Shown in pieces: positions 30,348-39,668 of a stretch of DNA of 64,000 nt (position 1 is its first letter; each line of letters begins with the position of its first letter). The position numbers were made by a program, and so were the translations under genes. The stretch covers positions 1,128 to 65,127 of the forward strand of contig QMPV01000002.1 of NCBI GenBank assembly GCA_003648765.1, written 5' to 3'. Under the pieces are notes generated by a model. It saw only the letters and a list, made by a program, of their open reading frames with translations, was not told where the DNA came from and searched no databases. This stretch comes from Candidatus Aminicenantes bacterium (GTDB lineage: Bacteria > Acidobacteriota > Aminicenantia > Aminicenantales > Aminicenantaceae).

Positions 30348-30923
30348 CTATTGTACCTTAATTCTCTGATTAAAGCGACTCATGGCTTCATTTATTTGCC
30401 CGGCCAAGATCAATTCCAGAGCTGCCTCGGCTTTCTCCAGACTTCTTTCCATTTTGAGCTTCTCTTCTGAAGTAAAAGGGGAAAGAACAAATTCGGCCGC
30501 CTCCACCCCTTCGGGAAGGGGCCCAATACCTAATCTTATCCGAGGAAATCTAGTGGCGCCGAGCTCCCGGATGATAGATTCGACTCCCCGATGTCCACCA
30601 GAGGAGCCTTCGGCTCGGACTCTAATTTCTCCAAGGGGAATGTCCAAATCATCATAAATGATCACCATTTGCTCCAAGGGAATCGCCCGGTGATGAATAA
30701 TTTCTTTCACCGCCAATCCCGAATTATTCATAAATGTCTGCGGCAAAGCTAGTAAGATTTGTTGACCTCCTCTGGTGATTTCACCAATTTTGGCCTGAAA
30801 TCGAGGCCGGGAGAGCCGGACTCCCCATTTTCGGGCAATCCGCCTAACTAGCAGAAAACCAGCATTATGCCTTGTTCTAGCGTAAGCCCGGCCTGGATTG
30901 CCCAAGCCAATAATCGCCCACAC
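30348..30923 (-). CDS. pth: peptidyl-tRNA hydrolase
   Basis: The IIGLGNPG...YARTRHNAGF motif begins right after an in-frame GTG at 30923. The ORF-track extension to 31010 gives a poly-Arg/Lys N-terminus that is the frame shadow of the L25 acidic tail. Confidence 0.85.
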   Translation of the reverse strand: MWAIIGLGNPGRAYARTRHNAGFLLVRRIARKWGVRLSRPRFQAKIGEITRGGQQILLALPQTFMNNSGLAVKEIIHHRAIPLEQMVIIYDDLDIPLGEIRVRAEGSSGGHRGVESIIRELGATRFPRIRLGIGPLPEGVEAAEFVLSPFTSEEKLKMERSLEKAEAALELILAGQINEAMSRFNQRIKVQ

Positions 30924-30924
30924 C

Positions 30925-31596
30925 TTACTCCTCTTCCTCGGCAGCTCCTTCTTTTTTCTCTTCTTCCTCTTCCTTCTCCTTACGAATAACTTCTGGTTCC
31001 TCTTCTTCACCGATAATTTCTTCCTCTTTCACTTCTTCCACTTCCTCTTCTACCGGAGCCTCAATAACCACCAAGACCGTCTCTGGATCGGTTATTATTT
31101 TGACTCCCTCAGGGGGAGTTATATCTTCTACCCGCAAAGCTTGATTGACGTGTAGTTCGCTGATATCGACCACAATCGCTTCGGGAATACTCCGGGGGAG
31201 ACATTCAATCTCCACTTCTCTAGTCATCCAATCAGCAATCCCGCCTTCAGACTTAACGCCTACGGGCTCACCCACATGATGGATAGGAACATAAACCCGA
31301 ATTGGCTTATCCATAGATATCTGCACCAGGTCCACATGATACAATTCATCAGTCACCGGGTCGATTTGCAGCTCTTTGATCATAACATTCCATTTTTCAG
31401 AATCATAAGTAACCTCAAAAATAACATTTTCTCCTTGCTTAAGAACTCGGTTAACCTCTTTTTTGTCCAAAGCCAAGCAAACTTCTCGGACATCTGGCCC
31501 ATAAAGCACCGCCGGCACCTGGCCAGCGCGACGCAACCGACGAGCAGGTCCTTTGCCAGTTTTATCTCTTTTTTCAGCTTTAATCTGAATTGCCAT
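30925..31596 (-). CDS. rplY: 50S ribosomal protein L25 / general stress protein Ctc, with poly-Glu C-terminal tail
   Basis: KAEKRDKTGKGPARRLRRAGQVPAVLYG motif, and the long Ctc form. Confidence 0.9.
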   Translation of the reverse strand: MAIQIKAEKRDKTGKGPARRLRRAGQVPAVLYGPDVREVCLALDKKEVNRVLKQGENVIFEVTYDSEKWNVMIKELQIDPVTDELYHVDLVQISMDKPIRVYVPIHHVGEPVGVKSEGGIADWMTREVEIECLPRSIPEAIVVDISELHVNQALRVEDITPPEGVKIITDPETVLVVIEAPVEEEVEEVKEEEIIGEEEEPEVIRKEKEEEEEKKEGAAEEEE

Positions 31597-31607
31597 AATC
31601 AGCCTCC

Positions 31608-32555
31608 TTAAATAAACAAACTGCTCACTGAAAGACCCTCATGGATCCGCCGCACGGCTTCTCCAAACAATTCGGCCACAGAAAGCACTGTAATTTTATC
31701 CATTTTTTTTGCTTCTTCACTCAATTCAATGGTATTGGTGACAATCAATTTCTCTAGGGGAGACTCCTGAATCCGCTTTAAGGCTTGCCCTGAGAGAACA
31801 GGATGAGTACAAGCAGCCAGAATCCGCTGGGCTCCTTCTTGCCGCAGGGCTTCAACACTCAGGATCAATGTTCCGGCTGTATCTACCATGTCGTCGAGAA
31901 TAACTACATCTCTGCCTTTGACTTGGCCGATGACATGCAGCACCTCAGCTACATTAGGAGCAGGCCGCCTTTTATCAATAATGGCTAGCGAGGCGCCCAT
32001 TTTTTTAGCAAACCACCTGGCCCGGCCCACACCGCCGGCATCTGGAGAAACAATAGTCAAATTTTCGAGCTTTAGGCTTTCTATGTAGTTCGCCAGAACC
32101 GGGGCGGCCATGAGATTGTCCACCGGAATGGAGAAGAACCCCTGAATTTGGGGAGAATGCAAGTCCATGGTTAAGACTCGATTAGCGCCTGCCTTCTCGA
32201 TTAAGTCCGCTACCAAACGAGCAGAAATGGGCACCCGGGGCCTATCCTTCCAATCCTGGCGGGCATAACAATAGTAGGGAATCACGGCCGTTATACGCTC
32301 CGCAGAAGCTCTTTTAAAAGCATCTATCATTAGAAATAATTCCATAAGATGAAAATTGGCATCAAACGAACCGGACTGGACAATGAACACGTCTTCGCCC
32401 CGCACATTTTCATCAATATAAAAATGAATCTCACCATCACTAAAACGATCCAAGACGCAACGGCCAAGTTCCAAGCCCAGATAATCAGCAATCTTCTGCG
32501 CCAGAGGGCGGTTGGATGAACCAGTAAAAATTTTTAAATTTTGTTTCCTCATCAT
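31608..32555 (-). CDS. prs: ribose-phosphate pyrophosphokinase
   Basis: LKIFTGSSNRPLAQKIADYLG...DRFSDGE and the PRPP-binding loop DDMVDTAGT. Confidence 0.95.
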   Translation of the reverse strand: MMRKQNLKIFTGSSNRPLAQKIADYLGLELGRCVLDRFSDGEIHFYIDENVRGEDVFIVQSGSFDANFHLMELFLMIDAFKRASAERITAVIPYYCYARQDWKDRPRVPISARLVADLIEKAGANRVLTMDLHSPQIQGFFSIPVDNLMAAPVLANYIESLKLENLTIVSPDAGGVGRARWFAKKMGASLAIIDKRRPAPNVAEVLHVIGQVKGRDVVILDDMVDTAGTLILSVEALRQEGAQRILAACTHPVLSGQALKRIQESPLEKLIVTNTIELSEEAKKMDKITVLSVAELFGEAVRRIHEGLSVSSLFI

Positions 32556-32600
32556 ATCTCCTTTCCCACAGGGAAAGACATCCCTCGGCTGAGAATATAT

Positions 32601-32675
32601 TGGCTGGGGTGGGAGGATTCGAACCTCCGAATGGCGGATCCAAAGTCCGCTGCCTTACCGCTTGGCTACACCCCA
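32601..32675 (-). tRNA. tRNA-Gln (anticodon UUG)
   Basis: Manual fold of the minus-strand sequence: acceptor TGGGGTG/CACCCCA, D-arm GCCAAGCGGTAAGGC, anticodon stem GCGGA-CTTTGGA-TCCGC (anticodon TTG), T-arm GGAGGTTCGAATCCTCC, and discriminator G plus encoded CCA. Close to E. coli tRNA-Gln. Confidence 0.9.
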
Positions 32676-33541
32676 AGCCCAATTGCCTCCCAATATTGGG
32701 AGCGACTAAGCGTTTTCACTATGGTCACTTTTACTTCAGGAAATGAACCCTCTATTTCTTGCCCAAATTCAACAGCCTTATTTCTCTCCTTAAACATTCC
32801 GTAAAGAGCGGAACCGCTACCGCTCATCAAAGATAACTCTGCTTCTCTCTCCTTGAGTACTTCTTTTATCTTTCTTAGTCGAGGGTACCTGGCAAAAACA
32901 GGTCCTTCTAGCTCGTTGACCAAAAGGGTCAAATTATTATCCTTTAGAAACTGGTTAATTTTACTTACTTTAGAGCTTGAAGTCAAGGTGGGTGGCAGCT
33001 GCTCAAAGACCCAGCGAGTGGCTATCCCCCAGGGAGGCAAGACTAAAAGGATAGCTCTCTCCTCTAAATCAGGGAGAGGCTGGAGAAGGTCACCCCGGCC
33101 TTGGCCTAAGCAAAGCCCCCCATGGAAAAAATAAGGCACATCCGCTCCCAGTTCTTGACCTATTTTGATTAATTCCTGGCGAGTTAAACCAACCTGCCAC
33201 AATTGATTCAGGGCCATCAAGACCACAGCCGCATTACTACTGCCTCCACCCAAACCGGCTCCAGGAGGGATTCTCTTTCTGACTTTTATCTCAACGCCCG
33301 GGCTGTTTACTGCCCTCTGTTTCATTTTTAAAACCGCTTGAAAAATCAAATTATCCTCTCCCCAAGAAATAGAAGGCTCATCACCGGCCAGCTGGAGGCC
33401 TCCATCCTTTCTCTCTACCAGCTCTATTTCATCTGCCAGGGAAATTGATTGAAATAAGGTTAAGAGGTCGTGATAGCCATCTTCTCTTCGCCCCAGAACT
33501 TCTAAAGCTAAATTTATTTTGGCTGGGGAAAGAAGTTTCAT
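32666..33541 (-). CDS. ispE: 4-diphosphocytidyl-2-C-methyl-D-erythritol kinase
   Basis: PAKINLALEVLGRREDGYH...GHMP kinase motif PPGAGLGGGSSNAA. The 3' end overlaps the tRNA-Gln 5' end by ~10 nt. Confidence 0.92.
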   Translation of the reverse strand: MKLLSPAKINLALEVLGRREDGYHDLLTLFQSISLADEIELVERKDGGLQLAGDEPSISWGEDNLIFQAVLKMKQRAVNSPGVEIKVRKRIPPGAGLGGGSSNAAVVLMALNQLWQVGLTRQELIKIGQELGADVPYFFHGGLCLGQGRGDLLQPLPDLEERAILLVLPPWGIATRWVFEQLPPTLTSSSKVSKINQFLKDNNLTLLVNELEGPVFARYPRLRKIKEVLKEREAELSLMSGSGSALYGMFKERNKAVEFGQEIEGSFPEVKVTIVKTLSRSQYWEAIGLGV

Positions 33542-34236
33542 TTTAGATAAGCCTCAATTTCCCGCCAGGATTTTGGTTGAAAGCGGCGGGTAAACTGGAG
33601 AGAAAAAAGCCCTTCTCTAGGGGGACGATTAAAATAAATTTCCCGAAGTCGCCAGCGGACTTCCCCTTCTGGATAAAAGATAACCAAAGTCTCCACCAAA
33701 CGGGTTCGCCCCACATAGCGCTTGATCACAAATTTCACTTCATTCCTCTGGCCTCGCCAGATTCGGCCCGAAGCATCTCTCTCTAATCGCCAAGCTCCCG
33801 GTAAAGATTCCTGGCTGATTAAAAGACGGCTCCACTCCGACAAGCTCAGAGAAAAGCCCAACAAACGCTCAAATAACTCCTCTTCAGGGCCTTGCCAATA
33901 AACTCTATCTCTGGGTAGAACCAAATAGGCTTGTGTCTTTAAAAAAAGCAACTGGGAAACAGTCCTCCCCAAAGTATCAGCGATATCCAGGCGAGCCTCA
34001 TCAGGCCAGATTAAAAAAAAAGAAACCTTGCCTCGAGATACTTTGCCTTTGTTTTTAATCATCAGGGAAGCATAGCCCTCAAGAGTTTTTATGGATGAAG
34101 GCAATGAATCCAGAGAAAGGGGAGCCATTCGGCATTGTTGGAGCAAAATTAAGCCTATCAGTCCAAGAGTATAAAGAAAAAAAAGGACGCCAGAGGATTT
34201 CCTATTTGGTGTCAACTTTGTACGAAGATAAACCAT
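33538..34236 (-). CDS. hypothetical membrane-anchored protein, possibly LolB-like
   Basis: N-terminal hydrophobic anchor. Sits immediately upstream of ispE, as lolB does in proteobacteria. No strong motif, so the assignment rests on synteny. Confidence 0.4.
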   Translation of the reverse strand: MVYLRTKLTPNRKSSGVLFFLYTLGLIGLILLQQCRMAPLSLDSLPSSIKTLEGYASLMIKNKGKVSRGKVSFFLIWPDEARLDIADTLGRTVSQLLFLKTQAYLVLPRDRVYWQGPEEELFERLLGFSLSLSEWSRLLISQESLPGAWRLERDASGRIWRGQRNEVKFVIKRYVGRTRLVETLVIFYPEGEVRWRLREIYFNRPPREGLFSLQFTRRFQPKSWREIEAYLK

Positions 34237-34534
34237 TCTCTTGAGGTGAAGTTCTTTTCACCGACTCCTTATTATCTTGTCTCTTTTCTGTTTTTTTGTC
34301 GTCTAAATAATACACTTCTTCTGAAGAAGGTTCCTTTTTCCGGCTGTTGGCTCCATCATCTACCAGATAAAAACCATAGTCATGGGTTTTAACTTTCTTT
34401 TTCTTTTTATGACGATAAAGAGGATAAAAAGGCGAACGCAACCGCCGACCAAAACAGGAAAAATTGGGGTTGAGAATGGAAAGAAGAACGAACAAACCAA
34501 AAATAATTAAAATTAAATAAGGTGTCCAACCCAT
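34202..34534 (-). CDS. hypothetical small membrane protein with basic/charged tail
   Basis: One N-terminal TM helix plus a low-complexity charged C-terminus. Confidence 0.4.
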   Translation of the reverse strand: MGWTPYLILIIFGLFVLLSILNPNFSCFGRRLRSPFYPLYRHKKKKKVKTHDYGFYLVDDGANSRKKEPSSEEVYYLDDKKTEKRQDNKESVKRTSPQENGLSSYKVDTK

Positions 34535-34672
34535 CTCTTTATTGCCTCAATTAATTACACTTCTATTATAAGAAGCTCTCTTTAACTTCGTCAACCCCAC
34601 CCCCAAAACAGTGGCTTTCCCGCAAGAAAGAAGGCGAACCAAATTCAATGACCTTGGGGAAAAAGGCTTAAT

Positions 34673-34804
34673 TTATTTCGTCTCTAATTCTTCCTGAAAC
34701 TCGGGGATCTTCTTGAGAACCTTCTCCTGACCAAGGTAAAACCCCAGAATAAAAGCCGAAGAAAAAGCGATAAGCGCGAACAACGATTTCAACACTTCTT
34801 TCAT
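34673..34804 (-). CDS. hypothetical 43-aa membrane peptide
   Basis: Found manually. AAGGAAGGAAG RBS 5 nt upstream of the ATG. Sequence MKEVLKSLFALIAFSSAFILGFYLGQEKVLKKIPEFQEELETK. Below the ORF-track size cutoff. Confidence 0.3.
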   Translation of the reverse strand: MKEVLKSLFALIAFSSAFILGFYLGQEKVLKKIPEFQEELETK

Positions 34805-35055
34805 TGCTTCCTTCCTTTTAGGATTAAAATATAAACTAACAGCCTGGGTAATGTCAACTTAATTTCTCCTGGTCGAAGAAAGACAACTCATTACCTGAGG
34901 GGAAAACTAAGGTTCTCTTAGTTAGATGACTATTGTTTCGGAGTCAAACTATCACCCACAACTCTCCTGTGCCCCCCGGCAATCGAGTCAGGGCCATACT
35001 TCAATCTAGTTTTAACTGAGAAAAGTGATATAATGAGACCAAGGAGAAATCAGCG

Positions 35056-36516
35056 ATGGGCAAGAAATCTCTTCTTTTCTTCTCTGGCCTCTTCTTTATT
35101 TTGGTCATTCTTAGCCAAGCCCAGCCGGTAAGGCCATCAGTCTGGGCAGGAAAATTTTATCCCGCCAATCCCCTCCAGCTACGTCAAATGATTAACCAAT
35201 GGCTAGCAGAAAGCCCCATCCATGAAGAAATAAAAAATCTCCGCGCTCTGATCGTTCCTCACGCTGGCTACCCTTATTCAGGCAAAGTCGCTGCTCAAGC
35301 CTATCGTCAGGTTAAGGGGAAGGATTATACTGCGGTGATTATCATGGGCCCGAGCCATCATTACGGTTTTCGCGGAGTCTCGATCGACACCGAAGCCCGC
35401 TATCGAACTCCACTGGGAGAATTAGAAGTCGACACCCATCTGGCCCGACAATTAGCTCAACTCACAGGATATAAAACCATCTCAGCCGCCCATCAGCAAG
35501 AACATTCTATTGAAGTCCAATTGCCTTTCCTGCAGGTTGTCCTCCCTCAGGTCCGCATCGTTCCCGTTGTCTTCGGCTATCCAGATCAAAAAGATGTGAA
35601 CAATATGGCCCAAGCCCTAGCCAAAATCATGACTAATCCTCGGATTCTCATAATAGCCACTACCGATCTGTCTCATTATCTTCCTAAAACAAAGGCCAAC
35701 CAAACGGATACTCAAACTATTAAACTCATTAAAAAATTTAAAGGGACAACTCTTCTGCGTAAAGCCCTGAGAGGGGCTAATATAATGTGTGGCGTGGCCC
35801 CAGTGAGTGCCTTATTGATGGCCAGCCAGCGTCTTGCTCATCCCCAAATTCATATTTTAGACTACCGGGACTCCTCGGCCGCCGGTGGTCCTACCGACCG
35901 AGTGGTGGGCTATCTAGCTGCAGTGATAGAAGCAGCTCTCCCCTCTTCGCCTAAAACTGAAGCCTCCCCATCTTTTGATTTAAGTCCATCGGAAAAACAA
36001 CAACTTCTCCAACTAGCTCGAGAAGCTATAACCCTTTTTCTCCGAGAGAAAAAACTACCAGATTACTCCCCATCTTCTCCCCACCTTTGGGAAAAAAAGG
36101 GGGCCTTTGTCACCCTGCGGAAAAAAGGACACCTGCGGGGGTGTATTGGGTTCATTGAGTCCAACCTCCCCCTTTATCAAACTGTCATCCAAGCAGCCAT
36201 ATACGCTGCCGTTAAAGATCTCCGTTTCCAACCAGTCTCCTTGGAAGAGTTGAAAGAAATTAACATCGAAATATCTATCCTCTCTCCCCTTAAAAAAATC
36301 CGCCATCCTGCCCAAATCCAAGTCGGTCGTCACGGCCTAGTTATTGAAAAAGGCAACCACAAGGGGTTACTCCTCCCTCAAGTGGCCACGGAAAACGGTT
36401 GGGACAGCCTAACTTTTCTCCAACAAGTCTGCCTGAAAGCTGGCCTCCCGCCAGATGCCTGGCGGCAGGGAGCCCATCTTTATACGTTTGAAGCTTTAGT
36501 CTTCGCCGAGAAATAA
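35056..36516 (+). CDS. fused Memo-like (AmmeMemoRadiSam protein B) / AMMECR1 (protein A) protein with N-terminal signal peptide
   Basis: N-terminal hydrophobic signal (LLFFSGLFFILVILSQA|QP). Memo signature VPHAGYPYSG in the first ~290 aa. The AMMECR1 signature RGCIGF is in the C-terminal ~180 aa. Confidence 0.8.
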   Translation: MGKKSLLFFSGLFFILVILSQAQPVRPSVWAGKFYPANPLQLRQMINQWLAESPIHEEIKNLRALIVPHAGYPYSGKVAAQAYRQVKGKDYTAVIIMGPSHHYGFRGVSIDTEARYRTPLGELEVDTHLARQLAQLTGYKTISAAHQQEHSIEVQLPFLQVVLPQVRIVPVVFGYPDQKDVNNMAQALAKIMTNPRILIIATTDLSHYLPKTKANQTDTQTIKLIKKFKGTTLLRKALRGANIMCGVAPVSALLMASQRLAHPQIHILDYRDSSAAGGPTDRVVGYLAAVIEAALPSSPKTEASPSFDLSPSEKQQLLQLAREAITLFLREKKLPDYSPSSPHLWEKKGAFVTLRKKGHLRGCIGFIESNLPLYQTVIQAAIYAAVKDLRFQPVSLEELKEINIEISILSPLKKIRHPAQIQVGRHGLVIEKGNHKGLLLPQVATENGWDSLTFLQQVCLKAGLPPDAWRQGAHLYTFEALVFAEK

Positions 36517-36659
36517 CAACGGCCTTTCCCCCTGGGAAAGGAAGTGAAAAGGACAGTTGGGGAGAGGATCTGGGCTATTATCCTTGATATCCTTTCGGCA
36601 TCAAGTATATAATAGACACAGAGAAAAGAGGAAGTCCGAGAAAGGTTGAATAATTTTTT

Positions 36660-36911
36660 ATGACGGGTTTTAATACAGAAATTCTTCATAAGAATAAAAT
36701 TTACCATGTGCAAACTCAAGATAAAGGACCGCCTTACAACTATATTGAAACTATTATCTACCGTTCTGGGCGGGTGTTAACCACGAGAAGGACGCCTTAT
36801 AATGCTCTTTTGACTCAAGGTGATAGGGAAGCCCTTATTGCCCGATTAGTCCAAGAACAACATGAGCAAATATGTCAGCAAGTCAAACAAGGACGTTTTG
36901 AACATCTGTGA
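36660..36911 (+). CDS. hypothetical small protein
   Basis: 83-aa ORF between the Memo-AMMECR1 gene and polA. No recognisable family and no clear SD-like motif upstream of the ATG. Confidence 0.3.
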   Translation: MTGFNTEILHKNKIYHVQTQDKGPPYNYIETIIYRSGRVLTTRRTPYNALLTQGDREALIARLVQEQHEQICQQVKQGRFEHL

Positions 36912-36954
36912 AAACCAGGAGACCATTCTGGTCCCTTGTCCTTTCCGATAAATA

Positions 36955-39633
36955 TTGATGAGGAAGAAAAACATCTACTTAATTGACGGTAATTCGATCT
37001 TATACCGCTCTTATTACGCCATCCGCAATTTATCCACCTCCAACGGCTTCCCGACCAATGCTATTTATGGCTTTCTCCAAACCCTCCGGAAGATCCGCGA
37101 AGAACATCAACCCGCCTATCTAGCTGTTGTTTTTGACGCTAAAGGCCCGACCATTCGCCACGCTACCTATCAGGCTTATAAAGCTAATCGGAAACCCATG
37201 CCCGAAGACTTGGTGGTTCAGCTGCCAGTCTTAAAGAAAATTCTTCAGGCCCAGCAGATAAAACTTTTGGAAGTTGACCAATATGAAGCCGACGATGTTT
37301 TAGCTACTCTGGCTCTCCGAGCGGCGGCTCAAGGACTACCGGCGGTGATTGTCACTACAGATAAAGACCTCTTACAGATGGTTAATCAAAAAATAGCTGT
37401 CTATAATCCAGTCAAGGAAAAACTTTATACCCCAGAGGAAGTTAAAAAAGAATTCGGTGTTCTGCCGGAACAAGTTACTGGCGTCTTAGCCCTCCAAGGA
37501 GATGCCTCTGACAACATCCCCGGGGTACCTGGGATTGGGGCCAAAACTGCTCGGCGGCTCATCCAGGAATTCGGCTCCCTGTCTTCGTTAATCAATCAAT
37601 TGGATAAAGTCAAAAATCCTCGCGTGAAAGCAGCTCTGGAGAAAAACCTGGAGATTTTAAATCTAAGCCAGGAGCTGGTGACAGTTGAAAAAAACCTGCC
37701 CCTTGAATTTAAACTCGAAGAATTCCAGATCGGCCAGCCCAAAGAAGAGGAATTGATTAAAATTTACCAAGAATTAGAATTCCACTCGCTCTTGAAAGAA
37801 ACTATTCGAGAAAGAAAAAAAGAACTTACCCAGGATTACAAAGTCATATTTAAGGAGGAAGAACTAAAAAAACTTATTCCCCTGATCAAGGCAAGCGGCT
37901 GTCTAGCCATAGATACAGAAACAGACAGTCCTTCCCCCACCCGGGCCAGACTAGTCGGGCTCTCCTTAGCTTGGCAACCCGGACAGGCCTATTATCTACC
38001 TCTGGGCCACAATTATCTCGGGGCTCCTCCTCAAATTCCTCTAAATAAAGCCGCCTCTCTCTTAAGGGAAATCTTGACTGATCCTCAGATTAAAAAAATA
38101 GGCCAAAATATTAAATATGACCTCATCGTCCTCCGGAGAAGCGGCTTCGAGTTGGCTGGTCTGGATAAAGACACCATGGTCCTTTCTTATCTTTTAGAAC
38201 CTAACTGGGGTAAACATAGCTTGGAGAAACTGGCCACGCACTATCTCCATCAAGCCCCTATCTCTTACCAAGAAATCGCAGGAAAAGGTAAGCAGGCTAA
38301 AACTATGAATAAAATCGCCATTGAGAAAGTGGCCTCTTACGCCTGCCAAGATGCAGTTTTGGCTCTACAGTTGGCCGAGATCCTGTGGCCGAAAGTGGTG
38401 GAGGCCAATCTAGAGACTCTCTATCAAGAGATTGAACTCCCCCTAATTGAAGTCCTGGCTGATATGGAAATGTGGGGAGTCAAAGTTGATGCTCAACAAC
38501 TGGCTGAGATAAGTGCTGAGTTGGAAGAAGCCATGCAGCGTCTAGAGAAAAAAATCTTCTCTCTTTGTGGGCTGACCTTCAATCTTAATTCTCCTCAACA
38601 GCTCTCTCGGGTACTTTTTGAAATAATGGGCTTGCCTCCTTCACGTAAAACCAAGGTAACTCGCGGCTACTCCACCGGAACAGCCGTGCTGGAAGAATTG
38701 GCTAAAAAGTATCCTATTGCTCGGGACATCCTGGAATACCGACAATTGGCCAAAATGAAAAATTCTTATGCTGAAGCCCTGCCTAAATTGATTAACCCTC
38801 ATACGGGACGAATCCACACGTCTTATAACCAGACAGTAGCCGCCACCGGCCGCCTTTCCAGCAGTGATCCCAATCTCCAGAACATCCCCATTCGGGGAGA
38901 ATGGGGACAACGCTTCCGAAAAGCTTTTGTGCCCGAACCTGGCCATCTGTTTCTTTCAGCTGATTATTCCCAAATTGAACTCCGCGTGCTAGCCCACCTT
39001 TCCCGAGACCCAGCCTTGATTAAAGTCTTCCAAGACGAACGCGACATCCACACCGAAACAGCCAACCGGGTTTTTACCACCAATCTCCTGGATAAAGCTG
39101 AACAACGCCGACGGGCTAAAATAATAAACTTCAGCATCATTTATGGCGCCTCCGCCTTCTCTTTAGCCCGTGAACTGGGCACTACTCCTGGCGAAGCTCA
39201 AAAGTTCATAGATTTATACTTTCAACAATATCCAGAAGTCAAAAATTTCCTCCATAATTCTATTCAACAGGCAGAAAAACAGGGGTATGTCCAGACTCTC
39301 TTCGGCCGGAAACGGCCGGTGCCCGAACTTAAACACAAAAACCCCCAAATTCGTCAAGCTGGGGAAAGAATAGCTCTCAACACACCTATCCAAGGCACAG
39401 CCGCTGATTTAATCAAAAAAGCAATGATCAATATCTGGCGCGAAATTAAAAAAAGGAACCTAAGGAGCAAAATGATTCTTCAGGTCCATGACGAACTAGT
39501 CTTTGAAGTGCCTGATTCAGAAGTGGAAGTCATGGCCCAGTTAGTTAAAGAAAAAATGGAAAATGTTTTCCCTTTGGTTGTGCCCCTAAGAGTCCACCTG
39601 GCCTGGGGAATTAATTGGGCTGAAACTAAATAA
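36955..39633 (+). CDS. polA: DNA polymerase I (5'-3' exo, 3'-5' exo-like, polymerase domains)
   Basis: N-terminal FEN-like exo (YLIDGNSILYRSYYA), a central 3'-5' exo-like region, and polymerase motifs A (DYSQIELR), B (RRRAKIINFSIIYG) and C (QVHDELVFE). Confidence 0.95.
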   Translation: MMRKKNIYLIDGNSILYRSYYAIRNLSTSNGFPTNAIYGFLQTLRKIREEHQPAYLAVVFDAKGPTIRHATYQAYKANRKPMPEDLVVQLPVLKKILQAQQIKLLEVDQYEADDVLATLALRAAAQGLPAVIVTTDKDLLQMVNQKIAVYNPVKEKLYTPEEVKKEFGVLPEQVTGVLALQGDASDNIPGVPGIGAKTARRLIQEFGSLSSLINQLDKVKNPRVKAALEKNLEILNLSQELVTVEKNLPLEFKLEEFQIGQPKEEELIKIYQELEFHSLLKETIRERKKELTQDYKVIFKEEELKKLIPLIKASGCLAIDTETDSPSPTRARLVGLSLAWQPGQAYYLPLGHNYLGAPPQIPLNKAASLLREILTDPQIKKIGQNIKYDLIVLRRSGFELAGLDKDTMVLSYLLEPNWGKHSLEKLATHYLHQAPISYQEIAGKGKQAKTMNKIAIEKVASYACQDAVLALQLAEILWPKVVEANLETLYQEIELPLIEVLADMEMWGVKVDAQQLAEISAELEEAMQRLEKKIFSLCGLTFNLNSPQQLSRVLFEIMGLPPSRKTKVTRGYSTGTAVLEELAKKYPIARDILEYRQLAKMKNSYAEALPKLINPHTGRIHTSYNQTVAATGRLSSSDPNLQNIPIRGEWGQRFRKAFVPEPGHLFLSADYSQIELRVLAHLSRDPALIKVFQDERDIHTETANRVFTTNLLDKAEQRRRAKIINFSIIYGASAFSLARELGTTPGEAQKFIDLYFQQYPEVKNFLHNSIQQAEKQGYVQTLFGRKRPVPELKHKNPQIRQAGERIALNTPIQGTAADLIKKAMINIWREIKKRNLRSKMILQVHDELVFEVPDSEVEVMAQLVKEKMENVFPLVVPLRVHLAWGINWAETK

Positions 39634-39668
39634 CTACCAATTTGGCCATCTTCAATAACTTAGATAAT

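Noticed and set aside
30898-31155. Plus-strand ORF with FFFLFFLFLL repeats
   Set aside because: Antisense to the poly-Glu tail of rplY; a low-complexity frame shadow.
32485-32804. ORFs 32485..32682 (minus) and 32541..32804 (plus)
   Set aside because: They span the tRNA-Gln gene and the ispE 3' end, with no RBS; artefacts.
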